A DNA stretch of 64,000 nt from Lepidodermella squamata (Eukaryota; Animalia; Gastrotricha), in the NCBI GenBank assembly GCA_047495785.1, contig JBLDXI010000054.1, positions 2,170,001 through 2,234,000 of the forward strand, written 5' to 3'. The first letter of the stretch is position 1. Each line of letters opens with the position of its first letter. The position numbers and the translations under genes are program-made. Shown in pieces: positions 35,035 through 47,660 of this stretch. The notes beneath the pieces are model-generated. The model saw only the letters and a list, made by a program, of their open reading frames with translations, had not been told where the DNA came from and did not search any database.

Positions 35035-38000
35035 TCATTGATCCGGCATGCGCGATCGCACGTTCGCCGGCATGTTCATGCCCGACTGAGCGAGTTGGCC
35101 CGGGATCATGATCGCCTGGATGCGGCCGGGCATGGCGCCGGGCGCCGCCGCCGGCGCAGTCTCCTGCACCACGTCGCCGCCCATGTCGAGGCGCCGCTGG
35201 TCGGGCTTGCGCAGGATCCACGGGTGCCGCAGCGCCTGCACCGGGGTCATGCGCGTGTCTGGGTCCCAGTCGAGGCAGCGGCGGATGAAGTCGACGAAGA
35301 GCGGGTCGTCGCAGTTTTTGAGCGCCTGCGACCAGTCGCGCGAGCCGGGCGGGCCGCGTAGCTTGCCGCGCCGCGACCGCCCGCCCTGCAGCACGACCGA
35401 GCCGTCGGCGGCCTGCGCGACCGTGCAGTAGCGCGGGTAGCCTTTCGACGAGAAGAAGTTGCGCGCGCGCTTCGAGCGGTCGAGCAGCTTCTGCGAGGGG
35501 ACACCGAGCAGTTCGATGATGCAGGCGAGCTGGTCGCCTTCATCTTCGCCAGGAAACAGCGGGTAGCCGGTCAGCAGTTCCGCCAGAATGCAGCCGAACG
35601 ACCAGATGTCGATCGGCATGCCGTACTTGGCGCCGAGAATCACCTCGGGCGCGCGGTAGAACCGCGACTGGATGTACGTGTAGATGCGCTGGTGTTCGAA
35701 GCACGACGACCCGAAATCGATCACCTAAAACACAAAAAAATCAATCAATTATCGATTCCCCAAAAATGCAACTAATTTGTTAATAATTCATCAGCTTAGA
35801 AACCGTCTCTACGCTACTATTCCCCGATGAATCATCGCGACCTGTATCATATAAATACGGCCTTTAATTTAATTCGGGTTAAAAAGTAGGTCGCGTAATA
35901 AAATCAGCACTAAACTGGTGACCTAGATGAAAAATCATTGGGGAAAAATGTCGATTATTTACCTTGATTCCGGACCGGCCCTGCTGCTTGAGCAAAATGT
36001 TTTCTGGCTTGAGATCACAGTGGATGATGTGGTTGCGAAAGAGGGAATTCAGGCACTGCAGAATCGAATGAGCGAACTTCCGAACCAACTGCAGCGAGAA
36101 TCCTTGGAATTTGTTCTTTTTGATCAATTCATACAGATTTATACTAGAAAATTAGGCAAAAATTAAACATCTTTAAATTCAAATAATTCACAATAAATAC
36201 CTGAGCAGTTCAAAAGTGATGCATTTGTGATTGCGGAACATGAAATGGTCCAGCATGTGAATGATGTTCATTGTGTTGTCTTTATCCTGCTTCTTCAAAT
36301 GGTCCAGGATTTTGATCTCCTCCTCGGCCTGCCGGTGGAAGCGCTTCTCGTTGCGAATCAACTTGAGAGCCGTGTAAGTTTTCGTCTTATGATCGTACGC
36401 CTTCACGACCTGGCCGAAAGACCCTTTGCCTAGGATTTTCAACACCTCGTACCGGTACGACACGTGATCGTGCGGCACACAAATGTAAGACCCGTTCTCC
36501 TCATCATAACCGCAGTTGTTCGGACCACCTAAAAAATAGAACACAAAATTTAGTCATATTATCCTCCTTAATTATTCTCGTTTTTATTTCGCTCATTTTT
36601 TTAATGAAAAATCGCCCCTTTTGACAAATGTACTCAGTAAACGATAAACTCCCAACGGCACTTCACTAAAATACTCGCTATTGAAGTAGCCCATTTTAAT
36701 TTCTTGGAAGGCCCGCTGGCGAAAAAAAACTAATTAATTACAGAGCGCGCCGCGGCGGATGTATGAACGTATCTATAGAGATAGCGTTCGACTCGAGAAG
36801 TCAACGCCTAGCAACGAGCGAATTTATCACGTTTTTCTCGCAATACGATAGAAAAAAAACTACTCCGCACTCACCTACAACACCGGGGCGTTTTTTGGCA
36901 TTCTGACCGACGAAGTAGATTTCGGGATACTGGAAGATTTCGTGGTGCTCGTATGTCGATAGCTTATTCATGTACAGCTTCATCGCAGTCTCGGGCGAGA
37001 TACAACCGGATCGCCGACCGCTGGAGCTTTCCTAAAATTAAAATAAAACAAATTAAAATAGAAAATAAATCAATTAATTCTAGATTATTCGAAATAAATT
37101 TTATCGATTTTTTTCTAAATTCATTTAACGTTGCTAACCTTTAGCAACGAAGCTGACTGATTAGGCTTTTCCTGATCTGCGACCATGGCCTGTTGCTGAC
37201 TTTGGGGTTGTTGCGGCTGGGGTTGCGACGACTGTTTCGCGGCCGGCATGAACGAGCGCCAGTCGGCAACCGCGCCGCCCTGAGCCGCTGTCTGTGAAAG
37301 CACTTGGCCGCCGGCGCCGAACGCCATCGCGCCGTTGCCGCCGACGACCTGGCCGTTGGCGGGCGCCTGTTGCGACGCGGACATGAGCCGAAGCGGCGGC
37401 AGTTTCGCCGTACCTGACGGAGGCACCGCCGCTGCACCGCGCCATGACGTTTTATTCGCATCGGCTTCCTCTGCAAACTCGTCGCTTTGAAACAACGGCT
37501 GCACGTGCACCTTAATAATAACAATCAAAAACCCGGGTTAAAAATAATCCGCTCAATTTTTGTTACCCAGGGTAGAGGAAGCGTCGCGAAAGGCATTGCT
37601 CACATATTATTCATTTTTTGCTTGCAATTAATAAAGCGGCTTTATTTTTGATATAATCTAAAGCTAACAAACAAGTAATCGAAGCGATAATAAACACTTG
37701 TTTACATGACGCTAATAAAATAGCGGCGTGATTTCAGCGCACAGATAAAAAGGGCGCGCGTTAATTTCGAGGAATTTCTCTCGAGGTCGTCGATGTCGGC
37801 ACTTCCGCGTCGGAAGCCATATAATAATCGCACAGCAAGACATGGCAAGTGTGGCGGCCGGCGGCCGGGCGTTCGTTCGTTCGTTCGCCCAATTCAAAAA
37901 CAAACGCGACGACGACGACGACGAATGAAAGTGCTACTGTTTTCTGTTTCGCATTGCGCGAGTAGTGAGAAACAGTAATAAGCGACGCGCAGTAGTGAGG

Positions 38001-38786
38001 TTTGCTGCGCGCGTAAAACGCATCGACGCATCAACAACAACAACAAACACGAAATTCTCTCGTATAAAATTTATGACGAACGACGACGCGCGCGAAGAAT
38101 TTTAAGGTAGATTTCTTATTCTTCTTTGGCCTCTCTCTCTCTATCAGGCAAGTATTATTCTTAGCACGAGCATTGTCGCCGTAGTGAAAAGCGAGCTGTG
38201 CTAAACGCCATAAAGTTTATCATTGTTATTATGATGTGACTCATAGCTAACGACAAAAGCCGCTCGCGGCACGGGGTCAACTGGGTTTAAAGTCATTTCT
38301 GCGTTCAAACTCACTTTGTCCTGAGTCTTGAGGTAGGGAAGATGATTCGGAGCGCCGCCTAGGCCCGGCTGCTGTTGCTGCTGGGGAGGGCCGACGGCGC
38401 CGGTCGACTGGGCATTAATAGGTGGTAGGTGTTGGCCGGGCACCGGTGGGGCACCCGGCTGACCCGGTTGCGTTTGCGTTTGAGATTTGTCCATGTAAAT
38501 TGCGTAGAGTGTATCGAGATCCTACATTGTGTTCGAAAACATAAAAAATAGACGTGAGTAAAATGACACGCCTAGTAGAAAACAACCGCAGTTTTAATTA
38601 AAAAATCAAATCAGAGCGAATTAGGCTCCGAGCGAGCTCACAATTAAATCCTCTAGAAAATCGATGAAAAAATGTTGCACGGAGAAAAATTGCGCGTAAA
38701 CTGACCATTACTTGACGCTGGCCATTTGGCTGTTGCGATTCAGCATGTGAAGCAAAAGACGGACGCGCAATGGCTGTTGCAGACAT
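35035..38786 (-). CDS. DYRK2: Dual-specificity tyrosine-phosphorylation-regulated kinase, class II (~671 aa)
   Basis: Exons 38786-38706, 38521-38315, 37510-37139, 37031-36875, 36528-36201, 36143-35963, 35724-35035 give a continuous frame; DH box, [35 protein letters not shown]; first exon tentative. Confidence 0.92.
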
Positions 38787-41700
38787 AAGACGAAGTGGTG
38801 GTTAGTGGTTGTAACAACGACGTTGATGAGCTTGAACAACAACACGGAAGGACGAACGATTTCGCTGGTGAGTAAACTGCTGTCGGCAACAGGTTTGCTG
38901 CGTTTTCGGATTACCAACAATTAAAATATCGAGACGAATCGAAGTAGATCGGGGGTCGGCACGAGAAAACAAGCGCGAAACAACGCCACAACACTGGTGT
39001 TCAGGTAAAACAAGGCGGAAGTGTGTGTTCGTGGCCTGCCGCGCCCTTTTCTCTGCTCTGTTTCGTAACAAAGTAATCAACCCTAGACAACACAACGAGA
39101 GAAAAAACAGCGTGAAAAATCATTGCTGGTGAGTGAAAATGAGGCTACTAATTAAGAGCCGCGCACAGTGGTTGTGTGCGTGTTTGTGGCCGTTGCTGGT
39201 GAGAGGCCGGGCGTTCACTCGGCCAGATTTGTATAAATATAACACCAGCGAGCAAATATTGTAGTAATAGAACAACACGGAACGCGAGGAGCAGCTCGCC
39301 ATCTGCGCTTTCATAAAATGTGGGCGAGGTCGTGGACGCGCGATGCACCATCAGTTTCCAATATTGCACGATTACACACGCATAGAAGAGTCTATCTATT
39401 CTATCTAGGGCTAGCTGCGGTAGTAGTAATAAGCCATGGCCGAAGGCGAGTACGTGCGCTGCGTCGAGAAATAAGAAGAGGAAGCTATTACGAATCGCGC
39501 GCAATTTTGAACTCGCTCGCACCAGCGTATTGTAACGCAATTAGAAGAGTACGTGGTGGTAATAATAACGGCAACAAAGCGTTGCCGCCTTAACATCATC
39601 GCGCAGACGAGGTAATAAAAACGCAACGGTCATTAGCCGATGAACGAGAACAAAAAATCATCGCCATTATTGGCTCGGAACTAATACTAATCACCGCTAA
39701 AAAATACTGTTTATTCGATTAAAACGTTTGATCTACTTCCGAATAAACAAATGAGGCTGGCTGAAAACATCTGTCTGATAATTGTTGTATTAATAGCCGA
39801 TGATTGAAGCGCTGAAAAAACTCGGCTGTTGCTGTACCTATCGAAGAAAAAACATGATAGAAAAATCGCAGTTGCACTGTTGGTTCGAGTAAGTATAGTA
39901 ACCAAGAACGACGAAAGGGCAATGGTATAGAAAAAATACAAAGGCTGTGAATAACAAATTAAGGCAGCAGCAGCAGAACACATGGTTAGGTTTGGCCGTC
40001 GTCGATGTGTCTCTCCTCCTTCGTCGCGTTGTTTATGTGTGAGAGCGAGGCGATGAGGGAGCGACGAATGCTAGCAACCACACACACAACCGTGTGTATT
40101 GACGTGTGTGCATAGCTAGGTAATGCTAATTCTTCGCGCGCGCGAATAGAGCCATATGACGACGACGACAACGACGACGACGAGCGAGCGAATCGACTGC
40201 GTAACCAAGGGTGCGCGCGACAATCGAAATCCTCGGCGCACATTCAACTTAATCAAAAGGGCGCGCGTATACATACGTATTGTTGTTATTATTATTATAA
40301 CGAGTATTACTACTACGACGAACGTTATTACGTATGCCCGCTACTGCTGCAAATTTAGTCACTTTGGTCGATCGACAGGGGTCGGCGTCGACGGCAAGGT
40401 AGCCTATCGAGACAAGAGGAGCGGCGGTATTTCATCAATGAAGAAATAGCCACATGAATGTTTCATTGCTGCTTAGAGAAGCGACGCTACTGCTCCCGAC
40501 CACCACCAATTTTTACTCGGTAGCACATACACACATCACATACACATATACAGATACACCACCTTAAAAATAACTAGCGGTGATGGTGGTGGTGGTGCAA
40601 ACGTATGGCTTAATAACCGCAGCTGCCGTCATCTATATGACAGCAGCAGCAGCCTGACGTTTTGCATGAGAAGGGAAGTGCTATACGTGCAAATGATGTC
40701 CAGTTATAGTATAGACAAGACAAGAGGATGGATGACCGTGCGCAGGCGAACGAACGAACGAGAGAAGAATAGCAGCCGGCATATGGCTGGTATAATGTAA
40801 GCAAGTAAGCAAGCACGCCGGCGTATTATTACGACATCGTCGCCGTCGTTGAGTCACACGAGGGCCAAAAGGTGAAAGTTTCGCAGCGAACACTCGCTCA
40901 CTAAAAACTGAATTTTTTTTCATCACTCTTCTCGTAAACAACAACGACGAAGACGACGAAAAATTTGTGGTGACTCTGCCGGTATAATTAAACAAACAGC
41001 GGCGGCGGTAAAAACACAGAAAATAAATTGCTACGGATCATTTACAGGCGGTGGTGGTTTCTTAGTAGAAGTAGTAGTTGTAGTAGCCCGCAGCCACAGC
41101 AGTGCTACCTACCTCTTGTATTATTTGGCAACATATGTGTCTGCGGCGTGCGTGTGCAAAAATTTCTGCTGGTGCGCTCGTGCTGTTGCTGGTGGCTGAA
41201 CGTGCGTATGTGCATCAGCCTCGATACTACTAATAATAATATTTTTAAATGCATGTTAATTTTACGGTCAGCTGTACACCAGTAAACATCTGTAAGACCG
41301 CGCGCGCGCTTCCGCCAGTAGTAGCATGTGTTGCTTGTTTTAAAATTACACAAACTCGAATTGAGTGAAGTGGCGGAGCAAGAAAAAAAAAGATTGCTGC
41401 TGGAAAGTGCGCGCGTTAAGGCGGACGTTTTTATTTTAGGTCATTTTTGAAAAGCGCACGCGTTTTGTAACACCAGGCCTATGAAATTTGGCGGCGGCGG
41501 CGAACGCGTGTGTGCGATAAAACGAGTCCACTACTACTACTAATTCCTGGTGTGCGACGACGCAAAACTAGTTAATAAGTTGAAGAGCTGCGGCCTTATC
41601 TGTGACGGCGAAACACAACGATCGCGTTGCCTTGAGAAAAATACGTACCTTCAAGTAATAGTGTAGTTAATAACAACACAATAATCGGGCACGATAAATA

Positions 41701-44700
41701 AGCCGGTGGTTTTGTGCGAGCAACAACGCCAAATTAAAGACATACGCCACACAAGGCAGGTAGAAAGAGCAGCAACACAAACAACAGAAAATAAAGCAGA
41801 GAAAGTGGTGCTCGGTTGTTTCGCGTCGGGGCCGGGCGGTGGTGGTGGTGGTGGGAAGGGGATGAAGAAAACTAGCGTAGTTTTAGTTGCCATAGCGTTA
41901 TTATTACCCGAGAATACAGAACACACTACAACGCGATGGCCGAAATAGAAATACAAACACGCCGCATCCATCAATGAAAGTAGTACAAGCGCAAAACAAG
42001 CGCGCATATTTTCTCCATCAGCGGCCCGGCTGACTGGCTGGCCCGGGCCGGACAGCGGGAGGGGGAACTACGCCGCTGCTGCTGCTGCCGCCGCCGCCGC
42101 GCCGCGTTGTAACGAAATGCTGCGAGGCAAAAATGCGAGAGTCTGCGCGGTCGCCGAAACGCAGCCGCTCATTTTCTAACCTAATGTTGGCCTGCGAACG
42201 AACCACTACTACGAAATAAATGTTGATGATGGCCGCGGCTGTGACGACGTTGTTTATTGAGCAGCGTAATCGGCGCGCATGCAACAAAATACGTACCGGA
42301 ATAACGACGATGTCGGGCGCCTCGTTTTTATTGTTATTTACCACTACTACAACTAATAATGCTACAGCTATTTTTGTTTATCGGAGAAAAATTGGCGCGA
42401 TTTTTAACAAAAAAAAATTCATCCTCTTCTGCCGCAGCGCAAAAGTTACAAATCAAATTAACCTGCGATTGCTATTCGAAATGCGATACAGCTAAAATTC
42501 AATCAATGTCATCAGAATCAAGAAAATTAAATAATTTTTGGCTTGAACTAGAGGTTTCAGATTTTTCCATTTTGACAAAAGGGCGGATTTTTTCAAGTCA
42601 ACGAGATTTTTCCAAATTTTCAGGCAAAATTGGCTAACATTTATGAACTAAACTGCTGGTAAAAATGCACCTCAAAAATAATTAGAAAAAAAAAATCGGC
42701 GATATATTCAGATGATTTAGTTAATGTTCTTAAAGCTTCTAGTGCTAATTCGAATAAAATATCATGTGATTGATAGCTGGTGAAGTGGCCTGTGGGAACG
42801 CACTTGACATACTTTATACCTGAGAACTAAGAACTGCGCAGGCAACTATAAAAAAAATCGAAGAAAAGCAACCTGCGCTATGTATTTAGGTGCGAATGAG
42901 TAGGAAAAACGATCCGAACTGGCGCGGCTAGGCAACACAACCGGCGACTGACAAGCAAGACGCCAAATCACAAAAATGTTGCTCTGATCCGATACTTACA
43001 CACATAATCATAGCGAGAGTAGCAAAAAAGCGCAGCGCCTAAATTGCATGTAATCGATGACCGAAAGAAGTTGGGAGTTGAGTTGCGGGTGGTCGCGCGG
43101 CTTTCTTCCTGTAATCAAGAGCGAGTAGTGAGAAGCAGCAAAAAAAGTCGACGACTAGCCCGCGCGCGGTTTCGATTACTAGCTATGTATTTAATGACGG
43201 CGACGATTGCTGCAAATTAAAATCGCGCGCACGCCGCTATTATTTATTATTTGCGACTGTGAGTGTGTGTCATGTCTCGCGCATTTTTCTCTTCTCTCGA
43301 CTCCTCTCAATCACGATCTGCATCGTCGTGCAAAAAGTAGTAATAAATAATAATAATAGCCATCGATTGCGAAACAAGACACGCTTCATCGTCATCATTA
43401 TTTTCGCCACCACCACCATCGTCGTCGTCATCAGACGCACTTACTAGTAATAAATGTTCCCAAAGCGCTTGAAATTTTTTGAGAAACATAGCGACGCGCA
43501 ATTTTTTTCCTCGAAATTTTTCCGTTGTTTACAGCGAAGCGTCACACCTAAAATAAATTATTTGCCAAGCGGGCTAAATGTCGCAAAAGTCACACCTTGT
43601 CGACAAATACTCGCAGGAAAAAAGCAAGCAATTTTTGCGGCGTTACCAGGTGAAAAACATGGCTCTAACAGCCCTGCGATATGATGATACAGAAGCGCAT
43701 TCTAAGTTGAATCAATAAAAGGAGGCATTAAATGCAGCTTGCTACTGAGAATAGCGGGTGGATGAAAAAAACCCGAGTAATTCTAGCTGCTCAGACGCGG
43801 GTAGAATGTATCATAAAAAAGCTGGATAATCGAGTTACACAAGTCAAGTGAATACATTTATTCAACTGGGCTCACACGTGACAAGAAAAACACGAGATAG
43901 TGACTATAAAAAAAGAAGGCAGACATTAAAAAACATAAACAATTAAGCAATACGCTTCTTCGTGCAAGTAAATGTCAGCGTTGGCTGATTCAACCATTAA
44001 AAAACCCACGCCACAATAGTAATGCATTGACAGCCATTACGTTGCGGCTACATTAGAAACAATGAGCGCATTTCAATCGGCAGTAATGAGTGCTTTTGTA
44101 AAATGAGAACGTACTCATGGGAGATGGTTTTGTTTCGTAGGAAATAGCGACATTACAATCGTTACTCTTTCGATTTGACACACACATTCCGGGCCCAGTT
44201 CCAGGGATGCAGTTTCAAAAAAATCGCCAAGTTCTCAAAATGTTGACCTTTGACCCCTTCAAGTGTTATAAAGGTAGTGAAAATAGGGCTTTTTTAACGA
44301 GAACGACACCTCTAAGCTTTGCTCACAAGCATACTGATCCACGAAGGAAGCGCGTGCAAAAAGACTTACGAGTCCGAGAAGTGAAACCGAGAAGTGCTGT
44401 AAATAAAAATGGAGACAATAATCCAAAAAATGCGTTCTAAGTAATCTAAGCCTCCGCAGGTTGTCTAGTTGATCATGTCAAACAGTGATAATTTATGCCA
44501 TTTCAAAACTAACAGAAATCTGAAGATCATTCAAAACTGCCAGTCTGTCAAAAACCAATATGCCAAAACAGTGTGCCATTGATGAGTAGGACGTTACAAG
44601 AATAGAAAATAGCAGTGAATCCAGTTATAACAACATATTTCCCAGTTCTTTCCTCCATCAGATGGAAACCCATGGGATGAGAGCCCGCTTGGCGGAATTC

Positions 44701-45839
44701 TAAATCCATTTTTGCGATGCATGAGGGTGAAGAAAGATGAAAGACGTTGAGCGTCCACTCCTTTTCTAACATGGAATGTAGCCAATGGCTAATGGCTTGA
44801 AGTATGTCAGTTAAACCTGACAGTGAGACGGCAAATAAAGATTAACACTACGAAAGCTACAAAATGATACAACACAGCAACGATCGATTTTAGGCAGAGC
44901 AAGTAACGAGGGCAACACGAGTGTAACGATTTGACTGACAATTTGTCCAAATGTCTGAAGCTGAAAAAAATCAAACACAAGCTATAAAAAACCTCTGAGA
45001 GAAACTCAGCGCCAATACCGGATTCATCAAAATTTGAATTTACCGCTCAAAATTCATAAAATATATAATTTTCTGGGTAAATAATATTTTAATTGAGTTA
45101 TAGTAATTTGTTTTATTAGAGTGAAGACTAATTTGGGTCAGCTGCTCTGTCACGTGGTACATGATGCGATTTTTTTTCGCATTTTTGCATTCAACGAGCC
45201 CGCGGCTGCATCCAAGCAAGAGTAGCTCTTTCGTCTTTCAGCCTCCCGGTTCCTCATGTTAACGTTGGCTGTTCAGACCCTCTGATCCTATTCTACAGCT
45301 TCTGCTGCTTATTATCACGGGGGAAAACTAACGCAAAACCAAATTGGTACACAATATCTTCAAGTGCTAATGCGAGCTTTTTCTCGTCCAGCGGAGCTTC
45401 TTGCTATTCCAAGCACATTCAACATAATGATGAACATAATTATGCTTTCTGGTCTTGTGCTTCTTAAGCTTGGAATATTCTCGATAGGTCAAGCGCAGTG
45501 GTTGCTTGTTTACTTAGTTGGTGTTAGGAAGTGGAAATGTTAACTGCTGCATTCGGCTGGGAACATAGGTATCATACAAATTAGCCTTTATGACACTTTG
45601 ATTATTGCAAAACGAGTACAGTCTTGGGTGCACCCAGGTTTCTTAGGGGTAAAGTTTAGTTATATTAGGGATTCTTTTTACTCTTCGTGAACCCCCACAA
45701 GCTTACTTATACGCAATTTTAAATGTCAGCTTTTGCGTAAAAGTGCATCTAACTTGTTATTATCTTGCCTTTATCTTCATTGTTAACCCCAATTTTTTTT
45801 GTTTATTTAGGATTTATTATTAATAATCAGATCCTAAGA

Positions 45840-47522
45840 ATGTCGCGAACATTTGATGAGGAGATGAAGTATCTCGAAAAGTTGAGCCCAAGCTCGTGGC
45901 GCATTAAAAAAGGTTTCGTACCTAATATGAACGTATGCTGCAAAAGTAGAATTCCTATCGAAGATTTGGCTATTTCAATATTTTTTGAAGGTTGAGGGTG
46001 TGTTTTATGTCAACGAAGCATTAGAGAAACTAATGTTCGAGGAGCTTCGCGCAGCTTGTGGATCAAAAGGCTTTGGAGGGTTTTTACCAGCTATGAAGCA
46101 AATTGCTAACGTTGCCGCTCTTCCAGGCATAGTATCTGTAAGTTTTTCCGTCGAAGAATTATAAGCATGCTTCAACTGTCTAACTCCAATAGAAATCTGT
46201 CGGCTTACCGGATTGCCATTCGGGTTACGGATTTGCCATTGGAAACATGGCTGCGTTCGACATGTCAGACCCTCGCGCTGTGGTTAGCCCGGGCGGCGTT
46301 GGCTTTGACATAAATTGCGGCGTCCGTCTTCTACGAACTAATCTCACCGAAAAAGACGTGCAACCGGTCAAAGAACAACTTGCACAAGCCATGTTCGACC
46401 ACATTCCTGTAGGCGTTGGCTCGAAAGGCTTCATCCCAATGACGGCTAAGTACGCCTTTCAACTTATTAGGAACTTTTAATTCATATTAATTTTCTGTTA
46501 GGGATCTTGAGGAGGCGTTAGAAATGGGCATGGACTGGTCATTAAGAGAAGGTTACGCCTGGGCTGAAGATAAGGAGCATTGCGAGGAGTACGGCAGAAT
46601 GTTACAAGCCGACCCGTCGAAAGTGTCGATGAGGGCGAAGAAACGTGGCTTGCCCCAACTTGGAACCCTCGGCGCTGGCAACCACTACGCGGAAATTCAG
46701 GTTGTCGACGAAATTTTCGACTCGCACGTCGCTAAAACGATGGGCATTGAACATAAAGGACAGATCTGCATCATGATTCATTCGGGCAGTCGTGGCCTTG
46801 GCCATCAAGTTGCGACGGACGCCTTGGTTGCTATGGAAAAAGCAATGAAACGCGATAAAATCGAAGTTAACGACCGTCAATTAGCCTGTGCTTTAATCAG
46901 CTCACCCGAGGGCCAGGACTACCTCAAAGGAATGGCTGCAGCGGCTAATTACGCCTGGGTTAACCGGTCATCGATGACATTTTTAACCCGGCAGGCGTTT
47001 TCAAAAGTTTTCAACCAAAGCCCGGATGATTTAGACATGCATTTGATCTACGATGTTTCTCACAATATTGCGAAAGTGGAGGAGCATCTGATTGATGGAA
47101 AAATGAAAACGCTTCTTGTTCATCGAAAAGGTTCAACCCGAGCTTTCGGACCTCATCATCCGTTAATCCCGGTTGATTACCAATTAACTGGCCAGCCTGT
47201 GTTAATTGGCGGAACTATGGGCACTTGCTCGTATGTTTTGAACGGAACTGATCAAGGAATGGCCGAAACTTTCGGAACTACTTGCCATGGAGCAGGTCGA
47301 GCCTGGTCCCGTGCGAAATCTCGTCGTAATTTGGACTATAACGACGTGTTACGGGCCCTTGAAACCAAAGGAATTTCGATTCGAGTTGCTTCTCCGAAAC
47401 TTGTCATGGAAGAGGCGCCTGAATCGTATAAAAACGTCACCGATGTTGTGGACACTTGCCACGCTGCTGGCATTAGCAAGAAGTGCATCAAGCTGAGGCC
47501 TATTGCTGTTATTAAAGGATAA
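45840..47522 (+). CDS. RTCB: RNA-splicing ligase RtcB (505 aa)
   Basis: Exons 45840-45932, 45991-46137, 46193-46449, 46502-47522; [52 protein letters not shown]. Confidence 0.97.
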
Positions 47523-47660
47523 ATTCCCATGTGATATGATATATTGTTCTGGTCTTTTTATTTTCCGATATGTTCAATATTACGAGACTGCTGTAACGAA
47601 ACAGCTCATGTATGATGATATCTCAATTTTTGAGAAAATGAATAAATTTTCATTGGAAAT

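Noticed and set aside
35032-35543. Overlapping antisense and alternate-frame ORFs in the last DYRK2 exon
   Set aside because: Expected from extreme GC content and codon bias of the kinase exon
38800-45800. Many 60-130 aa ORFs upstream of DYRK2
   Set aside because: Low-complexity, non-ATG starts, no motifs, no consistent spliced frame found
45840-47522. RtcB near retroelements as a prokaryote-style RNA-repair or defence system
   Set aside because: Ordinary intron-containing 505-aa eukaryotic RTCB, over 20 kb from the LINEs
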